Source: an uncultured Bacteroidales bacterium (GTDB lineage: Bacteria; Bacteroidota; Bacteroidia; Bacteroidales; VadinHA17). From it: 64,000 nt of DNA. Within the stretch, counting starts at the first letter, position 1; each line of letters begins with the position of its first letter. Position numbers and translations under genes: made by a program. The notes beneath the pieces are model-generated. The model ran no database searches and was not told where the DNA came from. It saw nothing but the letters and a program-made list of their open reading frames with translations. Positions 39,031 to 46,615 of this stretch are shown in pieces. The DNA lies in the NCBI GenBank assembly GCA_963813405.1, contig CAWEYU010000007.1:4310-68309 (forward strand), written 5' to 3'.

Positions 39031-39846
39031 TTATTCCTGTAAAACCTTTACATCATATTTTTGAAACAGGAAGCCTTTGAATTCTGACCTGATATTTGCC
39101 TTATCGAGAGCATCAAATTCAAATACTTTTTTATATGATCCGGATAGCCGTGACACAAAATCAGATTCATTAAAAAACCAGCAGGGATAACTGGCTTTAT
39201 AAATCTGTGGATTTACTTTTTGAATTGTTATCCGGTCTTTGCCTCGAATAAAGGGTGTTCTGTCTATTAACAGGAATCTAATGTCTTCAGATTTTATTCT
39301 TTCCAACATTTCTAATGGCTTCTCAAGATATTGCAGGACGCTTGATAATAGAACGATATTGATATTAAATGAATTCAGGCACTCTTCAATAGTATTAAAG
39401 AAATGCAGTTTTTCATCTTCAAAGCTCTCCAAGCCTGTTTTTACAAACTCAGGTTGCTCTACAATACACCAGTTAACTTCAGGGATAGCATCAAGGAACA
39501 TTTTATTCTGGTAATATGTCGAACCCAAAGACCCGCCATAGTCAAGAATATTCAATTTCCCGTTGGATTGAGCAGCCACCCACATCAGGGCTGATAATAG
39601 CGGAAATGAATATTCCACTTCATTAAAAAGCACTGAATCTCTTTCATAACCGGCAGTTCCATCTTTTACCTTTAACATGGAAGCTTTTACGTTATCTAAA
39701 ATATTCCGGGTGTCATACCCTGTGCATTTTTTCCCGGCTTCATCCCATGAAGTATAATTGCCATGCCAGCCATAGATAATACCGCTGGCAAACCTTATAA
39801 ATCTTTCAGGCAAAATAATTTTGGCGGTCTTCTTTAAGTTTTCCAA
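39031..39846 (-). CDS. Methyltransferase, TIGR04325 (LIC12133-like) family
   Basis: YGWHGNYTSWDEA N-terminal signature and SAM-binding LDYGGSLG. TTG start, uncertain. Confidence 0.7.
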   Translation of the reverse strand: MENLKKTAKIILPERFIRFASGIIYGWHGNYTSWDEAGKKCTGYDTRNILDNVKASMLKVKDGTAGYERDSVLFNEVEYSFPLLSALMWVAAQSNGKLNILDYGGSLGSTYYQNKMFLDAIPEVNWCIVEQPEFVKTGLESFEDEKLHFFNTIEECLNSFNINIVLLSSVLQYLEKPLEMLERIKSEDIRFLLIDRTPFIRGKDRITIQKVNPQIYKASYPCWFFNESDFVSRLSGSYKKVFEFDALDKANIRSEFKGFLFQKYDVKVLQE

Positions 39847-39852
39847 AATTTA

Positions 39853-41067
39853 TTACTGCTTTTTCCTTAAATTGTTTTCGATAATTTCAATTATCTGCCG
39901 GCATCTGTCATCAACCTTGTGGAAATTTAAAGTTCGTTTCTGCCCTGCTTCAGCAATTGTTTTCCTTTCCTCAGAGTTTTCCAGAAGCCATTTTACCTTT
40001 TTACCACAATCGTCAGCATTATCGTAAGTTACAATTTCTTTTTCAGTATCAAAAAGATCCGTTAAATTAGATTTATTATCAGTCAGAAGGCAACTGCCGA
40101 CTCCGGTAGCTTCAAAAAGTCTCATATTGCCGGCATAGTTACCGGCCACTTCGCCATGTATATTCAGCACTATCCCCGACCTGGCCAGCAATTGATACAT
40201 TTCCAACCCAAATACAGGACCTTGATTTGCATTCAGTAGCAGAGGATTATAATTATGCACAGGTGTTTTCAAAGACTCAAAAACCGGAGAAATTTTTTTT
40301 ACTTTCTCCAATTTCAATTTTGACAACACCTTACCTGTAAAATAGATAATTTTCTTAGCTTCAATTTTGTATCGCGTTTCAAGATTGAGGAATAAAGATA
40401 AAGGGACTTTTTCTGTTAATAAAGTTTCTATCAATTCAATCCGTTGACTGTGTACGCCATCACCCTGAAACAGCGATCCGGTAAAAACAAGACCGTTTTC
40501 CTGTTCTGAATAGCCAGTACTGATCCTCACTAATAATTCAGTGTCAAAACCATGATAAACCAGGTACGATGGAATACCATTAAACTCCAGGTCATTTTTC
40601 AGCCCGGGAGTGCATGTTATTACAAAGTCCGCCGATCTGAGTTTATTTAGTATTTCTGAATTATAAGGACTGCAGTGGTATGCAATTATTAACCTGATAC
40701 TTTTAAAATCGGTTCTAAATTTTTCAAGAAGGTTTTTATCAACAAAACGTAAATCTTCAATCCAGAGAACTTCCGGTCTGAAATGTTTCACCTGATCATA
40801 TATAACCTTCTGTTTTGATCCGCCCTTTAATCCATTTTGCTTTCTCCATTTATCCTGCAGAAAGCTATCATTATCCACAATGCATTTTACTTCAACACCG
40901 AGTCTTTTAAATGTTCTCGTATATGAGGCAACAAATTCAGTGGAATCCATCAATAAGGTATTATAATGGGTATTGTAATCAACATCCTCTAATTCAGCGT
41001 TTTGTTTATAAAATGATTCCAGATAGCCTGGATACATTGAACTAATGATCAGCAATTTAAAGCTCAT
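39853..41067 (-). CDS. Glycosyltransferase, CgeB/DUF3880-like (GT1-type C-terminal domain)
   Basis: C-terminal MRLFEATGVGSCLLTD...EIVTYDN pattern. Confidence 0.6.
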   Translation of the reverse strand: MSFKLLIISSMYPGYLESFYKQNAELEDVDYNTHYNTLLMDSTEFVASYTRTFKRLGVEVKCIVDNDSFLQDKWRKQNGLKGGSKQKVIYDQVKHFRPEVLWIEDLRFVDKNLLEKFRTDFKSIRLIIAYHCSPYNSEILNKLRSADFVITCTPGLKNDLEFNGIPSYLVYHGFDTELLVRISTGYSEQENGLVFTGSLFQGDGVHSQRIELIETLLTEKVPLSLFLNLETRYKIEAKKIIYFTGKVLSKLKLEKVKKISPVFESLKTPVHNYNPLLLNANQGPVFGLEMYQLLARSGIVLNIHGEVAGNYAGNMRLFEATGVGSCLLTDNKSNLTDLFDTEKEIVTYDNADDCGKKVKWLLENSEERKTIAEAGQKRTLNFHKVDDRCRQIIEIIENNLRKKQ

Positions 41068-41255
41068 TGACGGGATAATTTTTCAAGGAAAAGAAGAGGG
41101 TGTCTCAAAAGTTTGTTTTACCCCCCAACCTAAGGATTAGGAATCTGGGAAATAGGGAGGGATTTTAGTCGAAAACTGAATATAAAGTTCAGAAATTAAG
41201 TCTGTTACATGAGGGTGTCTCAAAAGGGCACCCTTTTTTAATTATTTAGAATTAT

Positions 41256-41289
41256 GTTCATTTCTTTTGCTCCTCCAAAAGAAATGAAC
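41256..41289. repeat. 13-bp perfect hairpin GTTCATTTCTTTT/gctcctcc/AAAAGAAATGAAC
   Basis: Read directly. Paralogous to 41682-41715. Confidence 0.85.
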
Positions 41290-41303
41290 CAAAGAAAAGG
41301 AGG

Positions 41304-41391
41304 CCGGAAATGATAACTTTGCCCTTCCACTGCGCCCGCTACACAAGCCTTTCCGCTCTACGCTCCAGGGCAAAGTTCGCGCCATTTCCGG
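41304..41391. repeat. Long interrupted hairpin (9+10 bp stems, 43-nt loop)
   Basis: ccggaaatg (41304-12) pairs with catttccgg (41383-91). aactttgccc (41315-24) pairs with gggcaaagtt (41368-77). Confidence 0.8.
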
Positions 41392-41469
41392 TTTGCCTAC
41401 GCACTCATAATTAAACACTTTAATTGTCCTAAATAGATATATTATTGGATTTCAAATGGCCTTAGAAGA

Positions 41470-41654
41470 TTTTGGGTTAAAGCAACTGTTCTGAGGCTTG
41501 CTGCGAGGGCCTTTAGTAAGCATAACTGTTTGAGGGGGCCGAGCGTTAAAAAATTGCCCTGTGGGCAATTTTAGCGAAGGAGCCAGCTTGTAGGGCTGGC
41601 CGAAGGCTGACGAGTTGTAATGCGTGGGCAAGCCTCAGAACAGTTGCCCCAAAA
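41470..41654. repeat. Nested inverted-repeat element (candidate MITE or structured RNA) with a 20-bp perfect outer stem
   Basis: gcaactgttctgaggcttgc (41482-41501) pairs with gcaagcctcagaacagttgc (41628-41647), extended by ttttggg/cccaaaa. Inner hairpins are aaaattgccc/tgt/gggcaatttt (41550-41572) and gccagc/ttgtagg/gctggc (41582-41600). Confidence 0.8.
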
Positions 41655-41681
41655 GCTTCTGAAGCCTTGATTTTTCTTTAG

Positions 41682-41715
41682 GTTCCTTTCTTTTCATCAA
41701 GGAAAAGAAAGGAAC
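41682..41715. repeat. 13-bp perfect hairpin GTTCCTTTCTTTT/catcaagg/AAAAGAAAGGAAC
   Basis: Same stem as 41256-41289 except for one compensatory base-pair change (A:T to C:G). Confidence 0.85.
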
Positions 41716-41921
41716 ATATTCTTTGGAAGAGCATACGAAAGTAAGAATAAGTAGTGAAAATCAACCACCCCGGTCGGGAGAGTAAATATTGTATATATCA
41801 GATAATCAATCGCTCCCGACCACCCCTCCTTCAAAAGGAGGGGAAATTGTTAATTATAATCTCTTATTCCCAACTCTTAAGTTGACAGCAATGGGATTGG
41901 GGGGTTAAGTCCCCCTTGTGG

Positions 41922-41941
41922 ATCCCGAAAGCTTTCGGGAT
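41922..41941. repeat. 20-nt perfect palindrome ATCCCGAAAGCTTTCGGGAT just 3' of the flippase gene
   Basis: Read directly. Related to ATCCCGCTTGCGGGAT at 43322-43337. Confidence 0.85.
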
Positions 41942-41950
41942 AGGGGTAAA

Positions 41951-43267
41951 TCATAAAAAATGGGCTTTTGAGACAGCCTCTTTAAGAGATCGTTCATATT
42001 TTGCTATAACGAATCCTATAGTTCCTGCCAGCAGAAGGTAACATACCACTTCGATAAAAACATAAACCTTTAAGAAATCGGTAAAAATCAGATTTTTGAA
42101 GAAAAGTAAAGAGCTAATGGCTAAGAAATAAAAAAATTGCCAGATACTATAGATTTTTATTTTTTGCATTGAGATAAAAACAGATGAAAATGAAGAGACA
42201 AAGAAATTCAGAACAAACGACCAGACCATAATTTTTGAAATCTCTCCCGAGAAACTATAATCATTGCCAAATACTATCTTATATATTCCTGTCCCGAATA
42301 ATAAAATGATCAGCAATTCCGCGAAACATATGGCTGTGACAACAAAAAAAACAGGTTTTAGCTCTTTTACAAAACTTTCCCGCTGTTGATATTTCTCGGC
42401 AACGCGCTGCAAAAGCACATTCGATATTGCAGTTGCAATAAAAACAAGTGGAAGTGAGAGCAATAGTTTTGAAGCATCATAATAGGCCGTATATACTGTT
42501 GAAAAAAACTTATTAATAAAGAGTGTAGGTAAGAAAAAGCTGCATGTACTCATCAAAGCAGGTATCAGATTGAATTTGGGGAAATCCGAATACTTTCTTA
42601 ATACGTACTTTAGTTTGACAGTGCTTATATATCGGAAGCTGAATCCATGCTTAAATCCCTGAGTTGTTGTAACAGCTGCGTTTGCCGATTGGCCTATGAT
42701 ATCGCTGTATATCAAACCCTTCGGATTCTTAATTAATGCAAAAAGTATCTGAAATATACCCTCGGTTCCTCTCCTTACAAATTTGTTTGATGATACCGAA
42801 AAATATTTTTTCTTCCTGATCAACCAATAGTTGAAGCACTGATATGTATTATACAAAACTACACTCAGGGGAATAAAGTATAAAATTGAAATTGGCAGTC
42901 CTGATGGAATATTCAGAAAAACAATGATCCTCTTTCCAAAGAATAGAATTACTATCAGAAGAATAAGATTGATAATGAAATTAGATAACAGAGCCAGGAA
43001 AAGAACATTAGCCGACTCTTTATCCTTTGAGGGCAGCACTATGGCATCATCATATCTTAATGAAGCGATAATGGCTATAATTGCAACGATACTCAGATAC
43101 ACCGAATAGGTACCATAGATCTCCGTTGAAATCAGACGTCTTAACAGGGGTTGAAGTAGAATAGAGATCAGCTGTGCTAAAACAGTTCCTGTAATAAGGA
43201 CTGTGGCGCTTCTGAGTAGTTCAGATCTGACAAAGTGGTTGGTAAACAGCCTGAAATCTATTTTCAT
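41951..43267 (-). CDS. Oligosaccharide flippase (Wzx, MOP superfamily)
   Basis: 438 aa, about 12 TM helices. N-terminal pattern RSATVLITGTVLAQLISILLQPLLRR is typical of Wzx. Confidence 0.8.
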   Translation of the reverse strand: MKIDFRLFTNHFVRSELLRSATVLITGTVLAQLISILLQPLLRRLISTEIYGTYSVYLSIVAIIAIIASLRYDDAIVLPSKDKESANVLFLALLSNFIINLILLIVILFFGKRIIVFLNIPSGLPISILYFIPLSVVLYNTYQCFNYWLIRKKKYFSVSSNKFVRRGTEGIFQILFALIKNPKGLIYSDIIGQSANAAVTTTQGFKHGFSFRYISTVKLKYVLRKYSDFPKFNLIPALMSTCSFFLPTLFINKFFSTVYTAYYDASKLLLSLPLVFIATAISNVLLQRVAEKYQQRESFVKELKPVFFVVTAICFAELLIILLFGTGIYKIVFGNDYSFSGEISKIMVWSFVLNFFVSSFSSVFISMQKIKIYSIWQFFYFLAISSLLFFKNLIFTDFLKVYVFIEVVCYLLLAGTIGFVIAKYERSLKEAVSKAHFL

Positions 43268-43310
43268 CGACGAGAATACTGAATGATTGAAAGATCTTAA
43301 GTTTTCTTAT

Positions 43311-43363
43311 TCCCCCTTTGAATCCCGCTTGCGGGATCGACGAAGTCAACGGGGCCAGGGGGA
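43311..43363. repeat. Nested hairpin: TCCCCCT...AGGGGGA enclosing ATCCCGCTTGCGGGAT
   Basis: Outer arms 43311-17 and 43357-63. Inner palindrome 43322-43337. The right arm encodes the last residues (SPWPR) of the GT4 protein. Confidence 0.75.
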
Positions 43364-44362
43364 TGTCTTCTTAAACGGCACTTTTCTATCCACTGCCCTG
43401 GTAATCAAATAAAAAAGAATCATAGTTAAAGCAAATATAGGTATCTGCAAAATCTTAAATTCCCGATAAAGAATTACCAGTAGAATAATAGCCAGGTTCA
43501 GGCAAAGTAAAAAAATATTCACCTGTTCATGTGAATACCCTGATTGTACCAGTCGCTGATAGACATGCTTACGATGGGCCTCACTTAACTTTTCGTGATT
43601 CCTCCATCTTCTTAATAATGTCAGAGTAGCATCAAACCAGAAGGGAGAAGAAAGCATTATCCAGTTAAGAATTGAAAACTCGAAAGTATTATGATAGTAA
43701 ATCCCTATTACGACAAGGATAAAGCCAAGCTGTGTGCTTCCGACATCACCCATGAATATCCTGGCTTTGGGCCAGTTCCAGTACAGAAAACCCAGAACAG
43801 ATGAAATTAATAGTATGTTTACCAGGTTCCACGACATTATGAATAAAACGGAAGATATTGCCATTCCTTCAACTGAAGCAAAGCCATCGACTCCATCCAT
43901 AAAATTGAACAGATTAATAAACCATACCATTCCTATAATTGTAAGAGGATAGACAATATAATTATAGTTAAAATGGATCTCAGGTAATACCAGTGGACGA
44001 AGACCATTTAAAAAGTAAAAGGCTGCAAGAGCTGTCAGGAAATGTATTATCAACCGAATTGCAGGTCTTAATCCTCTTATATCATCAATAAGACTGACAG
44101 CAGCCAATAGCACTCCACATAGCAAAGCATAAAATAAGGTTTTCTCAACAACTCCAAGAAAGAACAGAACAGTAATTCCAATATACCATGATAATACGAT
44201 TGCCAATCCACCCCCTTTGGGCGTAGGGATATCATGAAGACTTCTGTCATTTGGGATAACCATCATTTTCTTTCTGACAGCATATTGCCTTATAAAAAAT
44301 GTCAGGACAAATGAGAGAAAACCCATAAGGATGATTGTGCATATTGCTAAAATGAAAATCAT
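43346..44362 (-). CDS. Glycosyltransferase family 4 (MraY/WecA-like polyprenyl-phosphate HexNAc-1-phosphate transferase)
   Basis: LIDDIRGL, NLFNFMDGVDG, FMGDVGS motifs and about 10 TM helices. Confidence 0.9.
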   Translation of the reverse strand: MIFILAICTIILMGFLSFVLTFFIRQYAVRKKMMVIPNDRSLHDIPTPKGGGLAIVLSWYIGITVLFFLGVVEKTLFYALLCGVLLAAVSLIDDIRGLRPAIRLIIHFLTALAAFYFLNGLRPLVLPEIHFNYNYIVYPLTIIGMVWFINLFNFMDGVDGFASVEGMAISSVLFIMSWNLVNILLISSVLGFLYWNWPKARIFMGDVGSTQLGFILVVIGIYYHNTFEFSILNWIMLSSPFWFDATLTLLRRWRNHEKLSEAHRKHVYQRLVQSGYSHEQVNIFLLCLNLAIILLVILYREFKILQIPIFALTMILFYLITRAVDRKVPFKKTSPWPR

Positions 44363-44409
44363 TCCGTCAAAATAGAATTGAAATAAACATTTAAATGAAA
44401 AACAATTGC

Positions 44410-45301
44410 TTATAGTTTGTCATTATGAACTTTACTTTTCAGGTAATATGAAATTGTCTTTTGTAATCCTTCACTTGTTGAGAAAGCGGGCTTAAAATTC
44501 AGCAGTTTCCTGGTTTTGGAGTTATCGAGGTAAAAGGAGTTGTACAAACGGTCAAAAACAGGAGGCATCAAAGCAATACCTGTCCTGACCAAAATGTCAG
44601 GTAACCTGATCAGAGTTATTCTTTTTATGAAGATATGTTGACAAAAGAATTACCAGATCATTTGTGGACAGACCCTCATCATCCATGGCAATAAATATTC
44701 CTGAAGCTTTGATTTCAATAATTCTGTCAATGAAACCAACCAGGTTTTCTACATAAGTATAGTGCCTGTTATTTCCCACTTTCTTAAAAGGCAGTATTGG
44801 AAATCTCTCTATCAGTTTTATTAATTTCAAAATGTTTGCGGTAACACCTGGACCATAAACAATTGGTGTTCTGATTATTGAGACAGTAAAATTCGGATCT
44901 TCAAGCTTTTTCAGACCCAATTCAGCCTCGTATTTACTCAACCCGTAAGAATCTTCGGGAAAGCATGGTGAATCCTCGTTCCAAAGGTCGATTCCCGGAT
45001 TAAATTTACCATAGACTTTCATGGTACTCAGAAAGATAAACTGTCTGACACCTGCTGCTTTTGCCTGTTTAGCTACATTTATGGACAGATCTCTGTTGAC
45101 TGAAAAATATTCTGCATCATGATTTTTTTTCGATCTGTGTACTATTGCTGCCAAATGAAGAATTATGTCATATTTGCTGAAATCTATATCTTCGGGATTG
45201 AGTTCTATAAGAGACACCTCCTCCACTTCAGCAAATTTTGAAAATCTCATAAAATTTTTTCCGATGAAGCTATTGGCACCGGTGATCAGGATTTTGGGCA
45301 T
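44410..45301 (-). pseudogene. NAD-dependent epimerase/dehydratase, interrupted by a +1 frameshift near 44615-44630
   Basis: N-terminal ORF (ILITGANSFIGKN...YGLSKYEAE) stops at 44597. The shifted frame reads ITLIRLPDILVRTGIALMPPVFDRLYNSFYLDNSKTRKLLNFKP, which is the expected C-terminus. The junction is at the A-rich cataaaaagaataac. Confidence 0.8.
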
Positions 45302-45331
45302 TAGATAAATCAAAGTTTTGGATCCTAAAAT

Positions 45332-45347
45332 CCCCTCCTGGGAGGGG
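45332..45347. repeat. CCCCTCC/tg/GGAGGGG hairpin
   Basis: Read directly. A homologous ~40-bp element lies at 46636-46675. Confidence 0.75.
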
Positions 45348-45391
45348 TTAGGGGTGGGTTTCTATATAAATAAAAAAAAGAAAGAGATTCA

Positions 45392-45472
45392 TTACTTTCT
45401 CTTTTTGGATCTATTCCCCATAAATTCAAACATTTTAATGAAGTATTTTGAATATATATTTAAGAAGATTTT
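45392..45472 (-). pseudogene. Relic of a GT2 C-terminus (26 codons plus stop) directly after the aminotransferase stop
   Basis: Minus-strand translation KIFLNIYSKYFIKMFEFMGNRSKKRK* aligns with YLNIYSKYFVKIFEFFGNRS at the C-terminus of the GT2 at 46616-47572. The DNA at 45407-45470 matches 46685-46745. Confidence 0.7.
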
Positions 45473-46555
45473 CTAAAAGTCATTTAATATCCCTGTTATT
45501 GATTGTATGTCCTGATTGGTATGAAATGAAGATATTGGCAGGCTAAGAGTCGTTCTATGGATCTCTTCAGATATTGGCAATTGCAACATATTGTAATGAG
45601 GAAGAGCTTTCTGTTTATGAGGTGGCACGGGATAATGTATTTCTGTCTTAACCCCATTCGAATTAAGATACTCTTTTAATTTGTCACGTTTATTATGTCG
45701 AATGTTAAAGATATGATAAACATCGATACAGTCCGGATGAACAACTGGAAGAACAAATTCAGTTTTAATGCCACTCAGGTAAATTTTTGCAAGATCTCTT
45801 TTTTGATTATTAATCTTGTCAAGATATTTAAGCTTAACTCTTAAGAAAGCCGCTTGTATCTCATCGAGGCGTGAATTCAAGCCTGGTGTCTCATTGTAAT
45901 ATTTCCTGGCAGATCCATAGTTTCTCAACAAACGAGCTTTATGGAAATACTCATCGTTGTTAGTCAGTATAGCTCCACCATCACCCAAACAACCGAGGTT
46001 CTTTGTAGGATAAAAACTAAAAGCGGACATATCCCCGAAAGTACCAACCTTTTTCCCTTTATATTCAGCTCCGTGCGCTTGTGCACAATCCTCGATAAGA
46101 AAGAGGTTTTTCCTCCTGCATAGATCCATAATGGGGTCCATGTCACATGGTTTTCCATAAAGATGGACTATCATTACTGCTTTTGTTTTTGGGGTTATAG
46201 AATTTTCGATACGGTTTGGATCAATATTATAGGTACTTAGATCTGGCTCAACAAGAACTGGAATGTGTCCGCTGTTTATTATTGATAAGATAGTTGCTAT
46301 ATAGGTATTTGATGGGACTATAATCTCCGATTTTTGAGGAATACCGAGAGTCAGCAGGGAAATTGTTAAGGCATCCAGGCCAGAGGCCACACCAACACAA
46401 TATTTTACGCTGTTATACCTGGCAAATTCTATCTCAAATTCTTCCACATTGGGCCCAAGGATAAACCACCCTGAATCAAGGACTTTACTAAATGCTCTCT
46501 TAAATTCAGCAAAATAGGGCTTATTAACCTTATTTAAATTTTCATATTCAATCAT
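45473..46555 (-). CDS. DegT/DnrJ/EryC1/StrS family sugar aminotransferase (PLP-dependent)
   Basis: ATG 46555 ([14 protein letters not shown]). [19 protein letters not shown] motifs. Confidence 0.9.
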   Translation of the reverse strand: MIEYENLNKVNKPYFAEFKRAFSKVLDSGWFILGPNVEEFEIEFARYNSVKYCVGVASGLDALTISLLTLGIPQKSEIIVPSNTYIATILSIINSGHIPVLVEPDLSTYNIDPNRIENSITPKTKAVMIVHLYGKPCDMDPIMDLCRRKNLFLIEDCAQAHGAEYKGKKVGTFGDMSAFSFYPTKNLGCLGDGGAILTNNDEYFHKARLLRNYGSARKYYNETPGLNSRLDEIQAAFLRVKLKYLDKINNQKRDLAKIYLSGIKTEFVLPVVHPDCIDVYHIFNIRHNKRDKLKEYLNSNGVKTEIHYPVPPHKQKALPHYNMLQLPISEEIHRTTLSLPISSFHTNQDIQSITGILNDF

Positions 46556-46615
46556 ATCTTTCAAATATATAATCTTCTTGATCAAATTTCTCAGAAGACA
46601 AGAAAAAATTTGGCA

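Larger units (their letters stand above)
41068..41950. other. 883-bp non-coding spacer densely packed with GC-rich hairpins, splitting the glycan locus
   Basis: No ORF of 60 aa or more. At least eight strong dyad symmetries (see the individual entries). Visibly more GC-rich than the flanks. Confidence 0.85.

Noticed and set aside
41310-41414. 34-aa + strand ORF (MITLPFHCARYTSLSALRSRAKFAPFPVCLRTHN) preceded by a textbook AAGGAGG-N6-ATG Shine-Dalgarno.
   Set aside because: It is encoded by the two arms and loop of the 41304-41391 hairpin, is GC-rich unlike real genes here, and lies on the opposite strand to all its neighbours. It has no hydrophobic or toxin-like character, and Bacteroidota rarely rely on SD sequences. 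It is worth a Ribo-seq glance only. The CTCC (41273-76) / GGAG (41299-302) pairing that could mask the SD is noted but weak.
41068-41950. tRNA, rRNA or other known small RNA gene in the large spacer.
   Set aside because: I found no cloverleaf with a T-loop GTTCRANNC or D-loop features, no rRNA-like conserved blocks, and no match I can recall to RNase P, SRP, tmRNA or 6S motifs. It is left as unclassified structured DNA/RNA.
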